Source of the DNA: an uncultured Solirubrobacterales bacterium
Lineage (GTDB): Bacteria; Actinomycetota; Thermoleophilia; Solirubrobacterales; JBBDJG01
Reading direction: 5' to 3'
DNA length: 64,000 nucleotides
NCBI GenBank assembly: GCA_963716195.1
Contig: OY970293.1
Coordinates: 1,014,119-1,078,118, forward strand
A program made the translations under genes and the position numbers. Shown here piece after piece: positions 39,043-49,258 of the stretch (positions are counted from its first letter, which is position 1; every line of letters begins with the position of its first letter). The notes under the pieces are model-generated. The model was given only the letters and a program-made list of their open reading frames with translations, did not search any database and was not told the origin of the DNA.

Positions 39043-40341
39043 ATGGACAAGTTCGTCATAGAGGGCGGGTTCCCGCTGTCCGGCACGGTCGTGCCGGCCG
39101 GGAACAAGAACGCGGCGCTGCCGATAGTTGCGGCATGCCTCCTCACCGAAGAAGAGCTCGTGATCGGCAACGTGCCGCGCATCCGCGACGTCGATTACAT
39201 GCTCGCATTGCTCGAGGACCTCGGCGTGAGCGTGATGTGGCGCGACGACCACGAGCTCGCGCTGCGCGCCGACGCGCTGCACAGCGGTGACGTCGACTCC
39301 GAGCTCGGATGCAAGATCCGCGCTTCGTTCCTGCTCGCGGGACCGCTCGTCGCGCGCCTGGGCGAGGCGCACATGCCTCCGCCGGGCGGCGACGTGATCG
39401 GACGCCGGCGGCTCGATCCTCACCTCGACGCGCTGAAGGCGCTCGGCGCCCTCGTCGAGGGCAACCGTGGCTACCGCATGTGGGCGCCCGACGGTCTGCG
39501 GGCAGCGACCATCTTCATGGACGAGGCAAGCGTGATGGCGACCGAGAACGTACTGATGGCAGCCGCTCTCACGCCGGGCGTGACGACGATCGCGAATGCC
39601 GCCTCCGAGCCGCACGTGCAGGATCTCGCAAAGCTGCTCGTCGCGATGGGTGCGCCGATCGAGGGCATCGGCTCGAACGTGCTGGTCGTGCACGGCCAGG
39701 AACGGCTCGGGGGAGCGCGCTACAACATCTGCCCGGACCACATCGAGATCGCGAGCTTCATGGCGCTGGCCGCTGTCACCGGCGGTCACATGCGTATCAA
39801 GGACACCGTTCCCGGTGACCTGCTGATGATCCGCGCCGTCTTCGAGCGGCTCGGCCTCACCTCCGAGATCGATGGCGCCGACCTGATCGTTCCCCCGGAA
39901 CAGCGCCTGCGCGTACGCGACGACGCCGGGGACGCGATCCCGAAGATCGACGACGGTCCATGGCCGGCTTTCCCCGCAGATCTCACCAGCATCGCGCTTG
40001 CCGTCGCCACGCAGGCGGAGGGGACGGTGCTGATTTTCGAGAAGATGTTCGAGAACCGTCTCTTCTTCGTCGATAAGCTGACATCAATGGGCGCTCGGAT
40101 CGTGCTATGTGACCCCCACAGGGCAATCGTCAGCGGTCCGAGCCGTCTTCATGGTGAGCGCATGGATAGCCCTGACATCCGGGCGGGCATGGCGATGCTC
40201 ATCGCGAGCCTGTGCGCCGAGGGCGTGTCGGAGATCGGCAACGTCGGTCAGATCGACCGCGGATACGAGCGCATCGACGAACGGCTGCGCGACCTTGGGG
40301 CGCGGATCGAGCGCACCTCGGGCGACCGGGTTACCAGCTAG
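39043..40341 (+). CDS. murA: UDP-N-acetylglucosamine 1-carboxyvinyltransferase
   Basis: MDKFVIEGGFPLSGTVVPAGNKNAALPI N-terminus and EPSP-synthase fold repeats. ATG 39043. Track ORF starts at 38842. Confidence 0.9.
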   Translation: MDKFVIEGGFPLSGTVVPAGNKNAALPIVAACLLTEEELVIGNVPRIRDVDYMLALLEDLGVSVMWRDDHELALRADALHSGDVDSELGCKIRASFLLAGPLVARLGEAHMPPPGGDVIGRRRLDPHLDALKALGALVEGNRGYRMWAPDGLRAATIFMDEASVMATENVLMAAALTPGVTTIANAASEPHVQDLAKLLVAMGAPIEGIGSNVLVVHGQERLGGARYNICPDHIEIASFMALAAVTGGHMRIKDTVPGDLLMIRAVFERLGLTSEIDGADLIVPPEQRLRVRDDAGDAIPKIDDGPWPAFPADLTSIALAVATQAEGTVLIFEKMFENRLFFVDKLTSMGARIVLCDPHRAIVSGPSRLHGERMDSPDIRAGMAMLIASLCAEGVSEIGNVGQIDRGYERIDERLRDLGARIERTSGDRVTS

Positions 40342-40377
40342 GTCCAGCAGACGCGGCCGGGCACAGAGGGGGGAGCG

Positions 40378-41382
40378 ATGCCGAGCCTGATCCCGCCGGG
40401 GACGCGAGACATCCTGCCCGACGAGATGCGAGAGCTGCGACAGCTCTCCAACGCCTTGCTCGCGACATTCGACCGGTTTGGCTACGGCGAGGTCTGGACG
40501 CCGACGATGGAGTACGAGGACGTTCTCGTGCAGGGCGACGAGCGCGCCGCCGGCATCAGCTACCGGCTGTTCGACGAGCACGGAAGGGTGCTCGCCCTGC
40601 GGACCGACATGACGATCCCGATCGCGCGCCTGGTGGCGACGCGCTACCCGCACGCCGAGCCGCCGCTTCGCTTCTCCTACCTGTCGCACGCCTACCGCGC
40701 GGTCCGTCCGCAACGTGGGCAGCAGCGCGAGTTCCTGCAGGCGGGGGTGGAGCTGATCGGCGCGGAGGCGCCCGCGGGCACGATCGAGGTGATCGAGGTC
40801 CTGTGCGCCGCGCTGGACGCTGCCGGCCTGGCACGTGCGCGCATTGGGCTCGGCGACGCGGGCCTGTTCCGCAGCCTGCTCGCAGGACTGGGCGTGGACC
40901 AGGAAGCGGGCGACCGCATTCTCGGCGCGCTCGAGCGCCACGACTTCGTGGAGCTGGAGGCGCTCGTGGGAGAGCTCCCGGTTCCCTCCGACAAGCAGGA
41001 CGCGCTCGTGCTGCTTCCTCAACTCCGTGGCGGGCCGGAGGTGATCGGCGCCGCCGTCGACGTCGGCGGAGGCGAGGTCGAGCACGCCACGTCGCGGCTC
41101 GCCGACGTCGCGGCGGGCGTCGAGGAGCGCGGGCTCGCAGATCGGGTGCTGCTCGACCTCGGACTTGTGCGCGACCTCGGCTACTACACCGGCGCGATCT
41201 TCGAGGTGTACGACCCGGCCCTCGGCCACATCCTCGGCGGCGGCGGACGCTACGACGACCTGCTGGGACGGTACGGCCGGTCGCTGCCCGCGTGCGGCTT
41301 CGCCCTGTACGTCGAGCGCGTGCACGTCGCCCAGGCGGAGGAAGAGCGGCGGGCGCGCGAAGCGGCAGGAGAGCGCACGTGA
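40378..41382 (+). CDS. hisZ: ATP phosphoribosyltransferase regulatory subunit (HisRS paralog)
   Basis: LPPGTRDILPDEMRELRQL, class II aaRS-like core without an anticodon-binding domain. It lies immediately upstream of and overlaps a short-form hisG. Confidence 0.85.
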   Translation: MPSLIPPGTRDILPDEMRELRQLSNALLATFDRFGYGEVWTPTMEYEDVLVQGDERAAGISYRLFDEHGRVLALRTDMTIPIARLVATRYPHAEPPLRFSYLSHAYRAVRPQRGQQREFLQAGVELIGAEAPAGTIEVIEVLCAALDAAGLARARIGLGDAGLFRSLLAGLGVDQEAGDRILGALERHDFVELEALVGELPVPSDKQDALVLLPQLRGGPEVIGAAVDVGGGEVEHATSRLADVAAGVEERGLADRVLLDLGLVRDLGYYTGAIFEVYDPALGHILGGGGRYDDLLGRYGRSLPACGFALYVERVHVAQAEEERRAREAAGERT

Positions 41383-42014
41383 ACGAGCCGCTCAAGCTGG
41401 CCGTGCCGCAGGGAGCGCTCTTCCCGGACACCCTCGATCTGCTGGACAGGATCGGCATCGACAGCTCCCCGCTGCGCGCGAACTCACGCTCGCTGCTCTT
41501 TCCCGGCGCCGAGGTGACGCTCGTGACGCTGCGCCCGAGCGACGTGCCGACGTACGTCGAGGCGGGCGCGGCGGACCTGGGCATCACGGGCAAGGACGTG
41601 CTGCTCGAGCAGCATGAGCGGGTCGTGTACGAGCTCGCCGACCTCGGCTACGGCTTCTGCCGCATGATCGTCGCCACCAAGGCGGGCGACCACTTTGCCG
41701 ATGAGCTCGAGCGCAGGCTCGGCGCGATCAGGATCGCGACCAAGTACCCGCGCCTCGCCGCGCGCTACTTCGAGGAGAGCGGCCGCCAGGCCGAGGTGAT
41801 CGAGGTGAAGGGATCCGTCGAGCTCGCGCCGCTTGCCGGTCTCGCCGATGCGATCGTCGACCTGACGGCCAGCGGGCGCACGCTGCGCGAGAACGACCTC
41901 GAGATCCGCGAGGTGATCGCCGACTGCACCGCGCGACTCGTTGCCAACCGTGTCGCGCACAAGCTGCGCCAGTCCGAGATCGACGGGCTGCTGGAGCGCA
42001 TCGATGATCGCTGA
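41379..42014 (+). CDS. hisG: ATP phosphoribosyltransferase, short form
   Basis: LKLAVPQGALFPDTLDLL, DVPTYVEAGAADLGITGKDVL, DLTASGRTLRENDL. GTG 41379 overlaps the hisZ stop. It is the last 211 codons of track ORF 40212..42014. Confidence 0.9.
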   Translation: MNEPLKLAVPQGALFPDTLDLLDRIGIDSSPLRANSRSLLFPGAEVTLVTLRPSDVPTYVEAGAADLGITGKDVLLEQHERVVYELADLGYGFCRMIVATKAGDHFADELERRLGAIRIATKYPRLAARYFEESGRQAEVIEVKGSVELAPLAGLADAIVDLTASGRTLRENDLEIREVIADCTARLVANRVAHKLRQSEIDGLLERIDDR

Positions 42015-43302
42015 GCGCTACGCCCTGGCCTCGGCCGGGGAGGCGGCCACGCTTGCGAGCAGCCTGCGCGCGCTGGCGTCCCCGCCGCCGGAGCTGGGGC
42101 AGGAGGTGAGGGACATCCTGGCCGCCGTCTTCCGCGGCGGCGACGCGACGGTGGTGGAGCTCACGCGCCGGTTCGACTCCGAGCGGGCCCCGGACGATAT
42201 GCGCGTGTCAGGGCAGGAGATTGCCCGTGCGCTCGACTCGCTCGACCGCCAGGTGCGCTCCGGCCTCGAGACCGCGATCGCGAACGTGCGCGCCGTGAGC
42301 GAGGCGGACCAGCCACGCAGCGCAAGCGCTGACCTCCCGCAAGGCCAGCGCGTCGACCTGCGTGACCTGCCGGTGCGGCGCGCGGGGGCCTACGTGCCCG
42401 GCGGCCGGGCGGCGTATCCCTCCAGCGCGGTGATGTGCTGCGTTCCGGCCCGCGTGGCCGGGGTGGAGGAGATCGCGGTGACGACTCCGCCCGGTCCCGA
42501 CGGCCACGCCAACCCCGTGGTGCTTGCCGCCTGCGCTCTGTGCGAGGTGGACGAGGTCTATCTCGCCGGCGGGGCCCAGGCAATCGGCGCGCTTGCCTTC
42601 GGGACCGAGACGGTCGCTCACGTCGACGTGATCGTGGGTCCCGGGAACCACTACGTCCAGGAAGCGAAGCGGCAGGTGTCGGGGCTCGTCGGCATCGACG
42701 GCGTCGCCGGGCCAAGTGAGCTCACGGTGATCGCGGACGCCGGCGCACCGTCGCGATTGATCGCGCTCGACCTGGCGGCGCAGTCGGAGCACGGACCGGA
42801 CACGCTGCTCGTGCTGATCTCACCGGACGATTCCCAGCTGGACGCGGTCGCGCGTGAGCTGGCCGAGCTCACCGACACGCACGAGACCGTCTCCGATGCG
42901 CCCGTTGCACTCGTCGGCGTGCCGTCGCTCGAAGCCGCCGTCGCGCTCGCGAACGAGATCGCTCCCGAGCACCTCGAGCTGGCCTGCGCGGACGCCGAGC
43001 GGCTGGCCGCCGGCGTGCACGCCGCCGGCTGCGTGTTCATCGGACCGGGCGGCGGTGCTGCCTTCGGCGACTACGTTGCGGGCTCCAATCACGTCTTGCC
43101 GACCGGTGGGGCAGCGCGGTTCGCGGGACCGCTCGGCCCGGCTCGGTTTCGCCGTACACAGGCGCTGGTATCTTTGCCCGCGGCCGCCGCCCGCGCGCTT
43201 GCCGGGGCCGCGAGCAGCGTGGCCTACGCCGAGGGATTCCCGTTGCACGCCGAATCGACCCTCGCGCGGGCCGACCAGGACGGCCGCGAAGACGAGCGCT
43301 AG
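42004..43302 (+). CDS. hisD: Histidinol dehydrogenase
   Basis: YVPGGRAAYPSSAVM, IVGPGNHYVQEAKR, AGPSE, QSEHGPD, GDYVAGSNHVLPTGGAARF. Confidence 0.92.
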   Translation: MIAERYALASAGEAATLASSLRALASPPPELGQEVRDILAAVFRGGDATVVELTRRFDSERAPDDMRVSGQEIARALDSLDRQVRSGLETAIANVRAVSEADQPRSASADLPQGQRVDLRDLPVRRAGAYVPGGRAAYPSSAVMCCVPARVAGVEEIAVTTPPGPDGHANPVVLAACALCEVDEVYLAGGAQAIGALAFGTETVAHVDVIVGPGNHYVQEAKRQVSGLVGIDGVAGPSELTVIADAGAPSRLIALDLAAQSEHGPDTLLVLISPDDSQLDAVARELAELTDTHETVSDAPVALVGVPSLEAAVALANEIAPEHLELACADAERLAAGVHAAGCVFIGPGGGAAFGDYVAGSNHVLPTGGAARFAGPLGPARFRRTQALVSLPAAAARALAGAASSVAYAEGFPLHAESTLARADQDGREDER

Positions 43303-43317
43303 CGAGGCCTTTCGAAG

Positions 43318-43920
43318 ATGGCTACTACGACACCACCACGAGCCGCCAGCGTCGATCGCGCGACGAAGGAGACGGAGATCAAGCTCAAGCTCGCGCTCGA
43401 CGGATCCGGCAGCGCCGATCTCGCCACCGGGGTCGGCTTCCTCGACCACATGCTCGAGCTGTTCGCACGGCACGGGCGTTTCGATCTCGATCTGCGCGCG
43501 ACCGGTGACCTCGCGACGGGCGCGCACCACACGACGGAGGACGTCGGCATCGTGCTGGGGAAGGCGCTCGACGAGGCGCTCGGCGACCGCTCGCGCATCA
43601 CGCGCTACGGCGATGCGACGGTGCCGATGGACGAGTCGCTCGCCGTCTGCGCGATCGACATCAGCGGCCGGCCGTTCTGCGCATTCCAGGCGGAGCTGCC
43701 GGCGACCTCGATCGCGGGCTTCGACACCGAGCTTGCCGAAGAGTTCTTCCGCGCGGTTGCGAACAACGCGAAGCTGACCCTGCACCTGTACGTGGTCGAG
43801 GGCACCAACGCGCACCACATGATCGAAGCCGCGTTCAAGGCTTTTGCGCGAGCGCTGAGACAGGCGGTCACCGTTGATCCGACAGCTCAGGGCGTGCCTT
43901 CCACGAAGGGTGTGCTGTGA
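43318..43920 (+). CDS. hisB: Imidazoleglycerol-phosphate dehydratase
   Basis: [54 protein letters not shown]. Confidence 0.92.
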   Translation: MATTTPPRAASVDRATKETEIKLKLALDGSGSADLATGVGFLDHMLELFARHGRFDLDLRATGDLATGAHHTTEDVGIVLGKALDEALGDRSRITRYGDATVPMDESLAVCAIDISGRPFCAFQAELPATSIAGFDTELAEEFFRAVANNAKLTLHLYVVEGTNAHHMIEAAFKAFARALRQAVTVDPTAQGVPSTKGVL

Positions 43921-44562
43921 CCGCCGGCTCCCCGTTGATCGCCGTCGTCGACTACGGCATGGGCAACCTCCGCTCGGTCGAGAAGGCGCTCGAGCGCACC
44001 GGCGCGCGCGCGGCGATCACACGTGACCACGGGCTCATCGGCGAGGCCGACGGGCTCGTACTGCCGGGCGTCGGCGCCTTCCCGAAGGCGATGCGCGAAC
44101 CTCCGCGACCTCGGGCTCGCCGACCTCGTGCGCGCTCGCGCCGGCGACGGTGTGCCCATGCTCGGCATCTGCCTCGGGATGCAGCTCCTCTTCGAGTCCT
44201 CCAGCGAGATCGACGGCAGTGCCGGCCTCGGCCTCCTCACGGGTAAGGTCGAGCGCCTGCCTGCACCCGGCCTGAAGGTGCCGCTGATCGGATGGTGCCC
44301 GGTGACGTGGACCAAGCGCACCGCGCTGATCCAGGACCTGCCCGACGAGTGCCCCTTCTACTTCGTGCACTCGTTCGCGCCCGTCGACGCGGCTGAGGAG
44401 GACGTCCTCGGGCGCGCTGAGTACGGGCTGCCGTTCACTTGCGCGGTCGAGCGCGGCAACGTGTTCGGCGCACAGTTCCACCCCGAGAAGTCGAGCGCGG
44501 CCGGCCTGCGGCTGCTCGGCAACTTCACCGGGATCTGCGCCGCCGTCGGCGCGCTTTCGTAG
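43917..44562 (+). pseudogene. hisH: Imidazole glycerol phosphate synthase glutaminase subunit, reading frame broken by an apparent 1-nt insertion near 44097-44103
   Basis: The N-terminal 60 codons ([19 protein letters not shown]...[14 protein letters not shown]) are in the 43917 frame. The rest ([11 protein letters not shown]...[16 protein letters not shown]...FGAQFHPEKS) is in the 44023 frame. The junction is at ATGCGCGAACCTCCGC. This is either a genuine frameshift or a sequence error. Confidence 0.7.
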
Positions 44563-45299
44563 TGGCGGTTCTCTACCCGGCGGTCGACATCGTCGGAGGC
44601 CGAGCGGTACGGCTGGAGCAGGGGGACTTCGCGCGCCAAACCGACTACGGCGACCCGCTCGACGCGGCGCGCCGGTGGGTCGACCAGGGAGCACGCCGCC
44701 TGCACGTCGTGGACCTCGATGGCGCGCGCGAGGGCAGGCCGGTCAACCACGGTCAGCTGACCAGGATCGCCAGCGAGCTGGGATCCTCGCTCGAGCTGCT
44801 CCAGTACGGAGGCGGCTTGCGCGACGCCGACTCGGTCCGCGCGGCGCAAGCAGCCGGCGCAGGCCGGGTCGTGCTCGGAACCGCTGCCTTCCGGAACCCG
44901 TCGCTGCTGGACGAGGTCTTGAGCGACGATCCCGAGTGCGTCGCGGTCGGCGTAGACGTGCGCGATGGACAGGTGGTCGTGCACGGCTGGCAGGAGCGCA
45001 GCCAGATGGACCCGGTGGACGCGATAGGCGGCCTCGTGCAGCGAGGAGTGCGCACCATCGTGCACACCGACGTCAACCGGGACGGCACGCTCGGAGGGAT
45101 CGACGCGGAGGGAGTGCGCACTTTCTCCGCCGCGGTTGGCGAGGCACGGTTCATCTGCTCCGGCGGAATCGGCACGCTGGCGGATCTCACCACGCTCGCC
45201 GGCCTGCAGCTCACTAACCTCGAGGGCGTGATCGTCGGGAAAGCGCTCTTCGAGCGGCGCTTCACGGTTGAAGACGCCGTCGCCGCTCTGTCAGGCTGA
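44562..45299 (+). CDS. hisA: ProFAR isomerase (HisA; possibly PriA-type)
   Basis: [41 protein letters not shown] 44562 overlaps the hisH stop. Confidence 0.9.
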   Translation: MAVLYPAVDIVGGRAVRLEQGDFARQTDYGDPLDAARRWVDQGARRLHVVDLDGAREGRPVNHGQLTRIASELGSSLELLQYGGGLRDADSVRAAQAAGAGRVVLGTAAFRNPSLLDEVLSDDPECVAVGVDVRDGQVVVHGWQERSQMDPVDAIGGLVQRGVRTIVHTDVNRDGTLGGIDAEGVRTFSAAVGEARFICSGGIGTLADLTTLAGLQLTNLEGVIVGKALFERRFTVEDAVAALSG

Positions 45300-46084
45300 T
45301 GCTGCTCAAGCGCGTCATCCCCTGCCTCGACGTGGACAAGGGGCGGGTCGTGAAGGGAACGAACTTCGTCGGCCTGCGCGATGCCGGCGACCCGGTCGAG
45401 CTCGCCTCGCGCTACGACGAGGAGGGTGCCGACGAACTCGTCTTCCTCGACATCACCGCGTCGCACGAGGCGCGCGAGACAATCGTCGACCTGGCGCGGC
45501 GCACCGCCGACAACGTCTTCATCCCGTTCACCATCGGCGGCGGCATCCGTTCAGCAGAGGACGCGCAGGCGGTGCTCGACGCCGGCGCCGACAAGGTGTC
45601 GGTGAACTCGGCGGCTGTCGCGTGGCCGGGGCTCATCACCGAGCTGGCGGAGACGTTCGGGTCGCAGTGCGTGGTGCTGGCGATCGACGCGAAGTGGCGC
45701 GAACGCGTGACCCAGGGTCCGGACACCGGTCACTCGCTGTACGAGGTGTACGTGAACGGGGGGCGGCTGGGAACCGGCCGCGATGCCGTCACGTGGGCGC
45801 GCGAGGGCGTCGAACGCGGAGCGGGGGAGATCCTGCTCACGAGCATGGACCGCGACGGCACCGAGGACGGCTACGAGCTCGAGCTCACCGAAGACGTCGC
45901 GCATGCCGTGGACGTCCCGGTGATCGCCTCAGGAGGTGCCGGCACGCTCGACCACCTCACCGAGGCGATCAAGGAGGGAGGAGCTGACGCCGTGCTGTGC
46001 GCGTCGATCTTCCACTACGGCCGCTACAAGGTGCGCGAAGCGAAGAAGCACCTGCACGCGGACGGCATCCCGGTGCGGATCTAA
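45299..46084 (+). CDS. hisF: Imidazole glycerol phosphate synthase cyclase subunit
   Basis: [55 protein letters not shown]. Confidence 0.95.
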   Translation: MLLKRVIPCLDVDKGRVVKGTNFVGLRDAGDPVELASRYDEEGADELVFLDITASHEARETIVDLARRTADNVFIPFTIGGGIRSAEDAQAVLDAGADKVSVNSAAVAWPGLITELAETFGSQCVVLAIDAKWRERVTQGPDTGHSLYEVYVNGGRLGTGRDAVTWAREGVERGAGEILLTSMDRDGTEDGYELELTEDVAHAVDVPVIASGGAGTLDHLTEAIKEGGADAVLCASIFHYGRYKVREAKKHLHADGIPVRI

Positions 46085-46101
46085 GCCTTGAGAGGTCGAT
46101 C

Positions 46102-46140
46102 GTCCTGCTTCGGTGTCGCACCACGACACTAAGTCAGGAC
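46102..46140. terminator. Nested hairpin between convergent hisF and the propeller gene (putative bidirectional terminator)
   Basis: Outer stem GTCCTG/CAGGAC (46102-46107 / 46135-46140) encloses GGTGTCG-cacca-CGACACT. There is no T-run. Confidence 0.45.
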
Positions 46141-46163
46141 GGCTGAGAGTCGCGACGCCTACG

Positions 46164-47468
46164 TCAATTCGAACCGTCTCCGCCGCGCCGCCCCTTCGGC
46201 TCGAGCTTCGTGATGCTCGAATGGCCGGTGAGGTAGATGCGCTCGCCGTCCGAGACGACCGGGTTGTAGGCGCCGCGAGGGAAGCTGAACAGGCGCTTCC
46301 CGGTCCCGGCGCCGACGCCGTAGGTGGAGTCCGAGTCGAGGTCGGCGAAGTAGACGATGCGGCCGATCACGGTCGGACCGCCGGAGATGCGCCCGCCGCC
46401 GCGGGCGGTCCAGCGTGTCGAGCCGGTGCGGGCGTCGAGCGCGTACAGGTTGCCGTCGTAGGAGCCGATGTAGACGGTCGCGCCGGTTCCCTCCACGTTC
46501 GCCACCGCCGGGGAGGAGTAGACGTAGCCGCCCGTCGACTTGGACCATGCGAGCTCGCCGCTGCGGGCGCTGAACGAGTACACCTTGCCGTCGGTGTTGC
46601 CGGCGTATACGCGCCCGAAGTCGACCGCCGGCGTTGAGTAGAAGTTGCCCGCGGCCAGCCCGAAAGTTCCGCCGGACGTTCCCGATGACCAGCGGCCGCG
46701 GCCGGTGCGCGCCCAGACGGCGTGCATGCGTCCGGAGTAGTCACCGACGTAGAGCGTGCCGCCCGACAGCGCGGGCGATGCCTTCACCGCGCCGCCCGCC
46801 TTGTACGTCCACTTGACTGCGCCGGTGCGCGCCCACAGCGCGTACACCGTCCCGCTCTCCGAGCCGATGAAGACGACGCTGCCGTCCACGACGGGCGAGG
46901 ACTCGGTGCGGCTCGGCAACGACTTCTGCCACAGCACCCTGCCGTTGCGCGCGCGCAGGCAGACGATCTTCCCCGTCAGCGACGTGACGAAGATGCGGCC
47001 GTCTGCGAACGCGGGAGAGGAGGCAGACAGCACACCGATGCGCTTCTTCCACTTGACCTTCCCGGTGTCTGCGTCGATCGCGTACGTGCCGCCGTTGTTG
47101 CGAATGAAGTACAGCGTGCCGTCGACCACGATCGGCGGGAACTCCATCAGCACCTTGCCTCCGAAGATCTTCCTGTGCCGGTACGGCGGGCTCACGCGGG
47201 CGGCGAGGAAGCCGCGATGCGCGGCGTCGCGATGGTAGAAGGGCCAGTCGGTGCGGTTGTCCTGGACCGGCTTCGGCGGCGGCTTGGGTTGGAACTCGAC
47301 ATCCTCGCCGCGGTGAACGTCGTCGTTGCGGTTGCTGAGGATCACGATCGCGACGGCGACGCCGGCGGCGAGCGCAATCAGCGCGCCGATGATGATCGGC
47401 AGGCGACGGCGGCGGTGCGTCTCCGAGATGAACGGCGGCTGCCGCGAGGGAGGAGGCTCGCTGGGCAC
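46164..47468 (-). CDS. PQQ-like (outer-membrane-protein-assembly/BamB-like) beta-propeller repeat protein with N-terminal anchor
   Basis: TM LPIIIGALIALAAGVAVAIVILS, then repeated blades (GTLYFIRNNGGTYAIDADTGKVKWK, GRIFVTSLTGKIVCLRARNGRVLWQ, GTVYALWARTGAVKWT ...). Start is set at GTG 47468, the first start downstream of the neighbouring stop. Track ORF extends to 48041 across the next gene. Confidence 0.75.
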   Translation of the reverse strand: MPSEPPPSRQPPFISETHRRRRLPIIIGALIALAAGVAVAIVILSNRNDDVHRGEDVEFQPKPPPKPVQDNRTDWPFYHRDAAHRGFLAARVSPPYRHRKIFGGKVLMEFPPIVVDGTLYFIRNNGGTYAIDADTGKVKWKKRIGVLSASSPAFADGRIFVTSLTGKIVCLRARNGRVLWQKSLPSRTESSPVVDGSVVFIGSESGTVYALWARTGAVKWTYKAGGAVKASPALSGGTLYVGDYSGRMHAVWARTGRGRWSSGTSGGTFGLAAGNFYSTPAVDFGRVYAGNTDGKVYSFSARSGELAWSKSTGGYVYSSPAVANVEGTGATVYIGSYDGNLYALDARTGSTRWTARGGGRISGGPTVIGRIVYFADLDSDSTYGVGAGTGKRLFSFPRGAYNPVVSDGERIYLTGHSSITKLEPKGRRGGDGSN

Positions 47469-47518
47469 CGGGTCAGGGTAGCCACGGGTCCTGCTGTATC
47501 CGCCGGTTGGCGGACGGG

Positions 47519-47911
47519 CTAGTCCAGATCGATACGCACGGTGGCCGGCGTGCTGTGCATTGCCCGCACCACGGCGCCGTTGAACTTCAGGCCCGGTCTG
47601 CCGCGGCCCATCGTCCGCAGGCGCTCGCGCCAGTCGTCGTCTGGGAGCGCGTGCGCGCTGCCCGCGCGCCAGCGGCCTTTGATCCGCACCCGCACGCGGG
47701 GATTCGCCTGGATGTTGCGCACATAGGCCGCTCGCAGGCCGTGCTCGGCGACGACCCAGACCGTGCCCTCTTCGACGCGGCCGCCCACCGGTGTGCGCCG
47801 CGCCTGGCCGCTCTTGCGCCCAGTCGTCTCCAACAGCAGGACACCTGGTGGCGGAACGCCGATCGCAATGCCCGCCTTGACGAACGGGTTGATCGCGTAC
47901 TTGGCCGCCAT
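47519..47911 (-). CDS. Deazaflavin(F420)-dependent nitroreductase-like / PNPOx-fold small oxidoreductase (DDN family)
   Basis: 130 aa from ATG 47911. INPFVKAGIAIG...VLLLETTGRKSGQARRTPVGG...VWVVAEHGLRAAYVRNIQANPRVRVRIKG is the typical family pattern. Confidence 0.75.
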   Translation of the reverse strand: MAAKYAINPFVKAGIAIGVPPPGVLLLETTGRKSGQARRTPVGGRVEEGTVWVVAEHGLRAAYVRNIQANPRVRVRIKGRWRAGSAHALPDDDWRERLRTMGRGRPGLKFNGAVVRAMHSTPATVRIDLD

Positions 47912-47986
47912 TGTCGCGATGCGCCGCTTGTCCACGCTGGGAGCGTAACTGACGTTTTCGATGGTGGTAGCTGGGACAATCGCTCG

Positions 47987-49258
47987 GTGGCCGACGCCGG
48001 AGACACGGGCTCGCGCCGGCGACGATCGCGCCTCCTGACATTCATCGCAATCGCTGTGGTCCTCGGTGCTGGAGCGATCGCCGTTGCAGCGCTGTCGTCG
48101 GGTGACGACGTCCAGGAGGACACTGTCGGGACGGCACCCGGCAATACGACGACCGAGCCGACAGGGGCGACCGCCAGCGGGAGCGCGAGCGCCGAGGAGG
48201 CCCGGCGCCGCGTTCGCCTGAAGCGCATCGGCACGTTCGACGACCCCGTGTTCGTCACCGCACCTCCCGGCGACCAGCGCCACGTGTTCGTCGTCGAGCA
48301 AACGGGGCGAATCTCCGTGCTGCAGGGCGGGCGGCGCACCGGCCGTCCGTACCTCGACATCAGGGGGCTGGTCACCAGCGGTGGTGAGCAGGGACTCCTG
48401 TCGATGGCGTTCGCTCCCGACTACGCGCGCAGCGGCCGCTTCTACGTCTACTACACCGACAACGACGAGAAAGAGGTGGTCGCGGAGTTCAGGCGCTCGA
48501 GCGCCACGCGCGCCGACCGGTCGACTCGCAGGCAGGTGATGCGGATGGACGATCCGTTCCCGAACCACAACGGCGGGCTGCTTCTGTTCGGCCCCGACGA
48601 CCTGCTCTACATCGGGACAGGCGACGGCGGCAGCGGTGGCGACCCGTTCAACAACGCGCAGAACCTGAACTCACTGCTCGGCAAGATCCTGCGTATCGAT
48701 CCGCGGCAGTCGGGCTCGAGCCCTTACAGGGTGCCCGGCTCGAACCCCTTCGTCGGCCGCAACGGGCGTGACGAGATCTACGCTTATGGCCTGCGCAACC
48801 CGTGGCGGTTCTCGTTCGACCGCCGCACCGGCGACCTCTACATCGGTGATGTCGGCCAGGACTCGCGCGAGGAGATCGATTTCGCCCGCCGCGGCGGCGC
48901 CAAGGGACGCAACTACGGCTGGAGCTGCTTCGAGGGCAAGCGCCGCTACGACGATTCCCGCAACTGTCCGGGCGCCTCGCCGCCGGTTCTGGACTACGAC
49001 CGCTCGGACGGTGAATGCTCGGTGACGGGCGGGTTCGTCGTGCGCGACCCAGGGCTGACGGCACTGCGCGGACGCTACGTATACGGCGACTACTGCCGGG
49101 GTCAGATCAGGAGCCTGCGGATATCGGGCGCTCGCGCCACTGACGACGGCTCCCTGGGGCTGAGCGTGCCCGAGCTGAGCTCCTTCGGGCAGGACGCACG
49201 CGGGCGCGTCTACGCGACGTCTCTGAACGGGCCGGTGTACCGGCTCACATCCCGCTGA
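47987..49258 (+). CDS. PQQ-dependent sugar (glucose/sorbosone) dehydrogenase family beta-propeller, membrane-anchored
   Basis: RRRRSRLLTFIAIAVVLGAGAIAVAAL anchor. Also GEQGLLSMAFAPDY, HNGGLLLFGPDDLLYIGTGDGGSGGDP, LLGKILRIDP, YAYGLRNPWRFSFD and GDVGQDSREEI. GTG 47987 was chosen because upstream codons overlap the DDN gene. Confidence 0.8.
   Translation: MADAGDTGSRRRRSRLLTFIAIAVVLGAGAIAVAALSSGDDVQEDTVGTAPGNTTTEPTGATASGSASAEEARRRVRLKRIGTFDDPVFVTAPPGDQRHVFVVEQTGRISVLQGGRRTGRPYLDIRGLVTSGGEQGLLSMAFAPDYARSGRFYVYYTDNDEKEVVAEFRRSSATRADRSTRRQVMRMDDPFPNHNGGLLLFGPDDLLYIGTGDGGSGGDPFNNAQNLNSLLGKILRIDPRQSGSSPYRVPGSNPFVGRNGRDEIYAYGLRNPWRFSFDRRTGDLYIGDVGQDSREEIDFARRGGAKGRNYGWSCFEGKRRYDDSRNCPGASPPVLDYDRSDGECSVTGGFVVRDPGLTALRGRYVYGDYCRGQIRSLRISGARATDDGSLGLSVPELSSFGQDARGRVYATSLNGPVYRLTSR

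Noticed and set aside
40212-42014. 600-aa ORF spanning the murA end, hisZ and hisG.
   Set aside because: Only the last 211 codons (from GTG 41379) match HisG. The upstream 389 codons are an Arg/Ala/Gly-rich out-of-frame read-through of hisZ.
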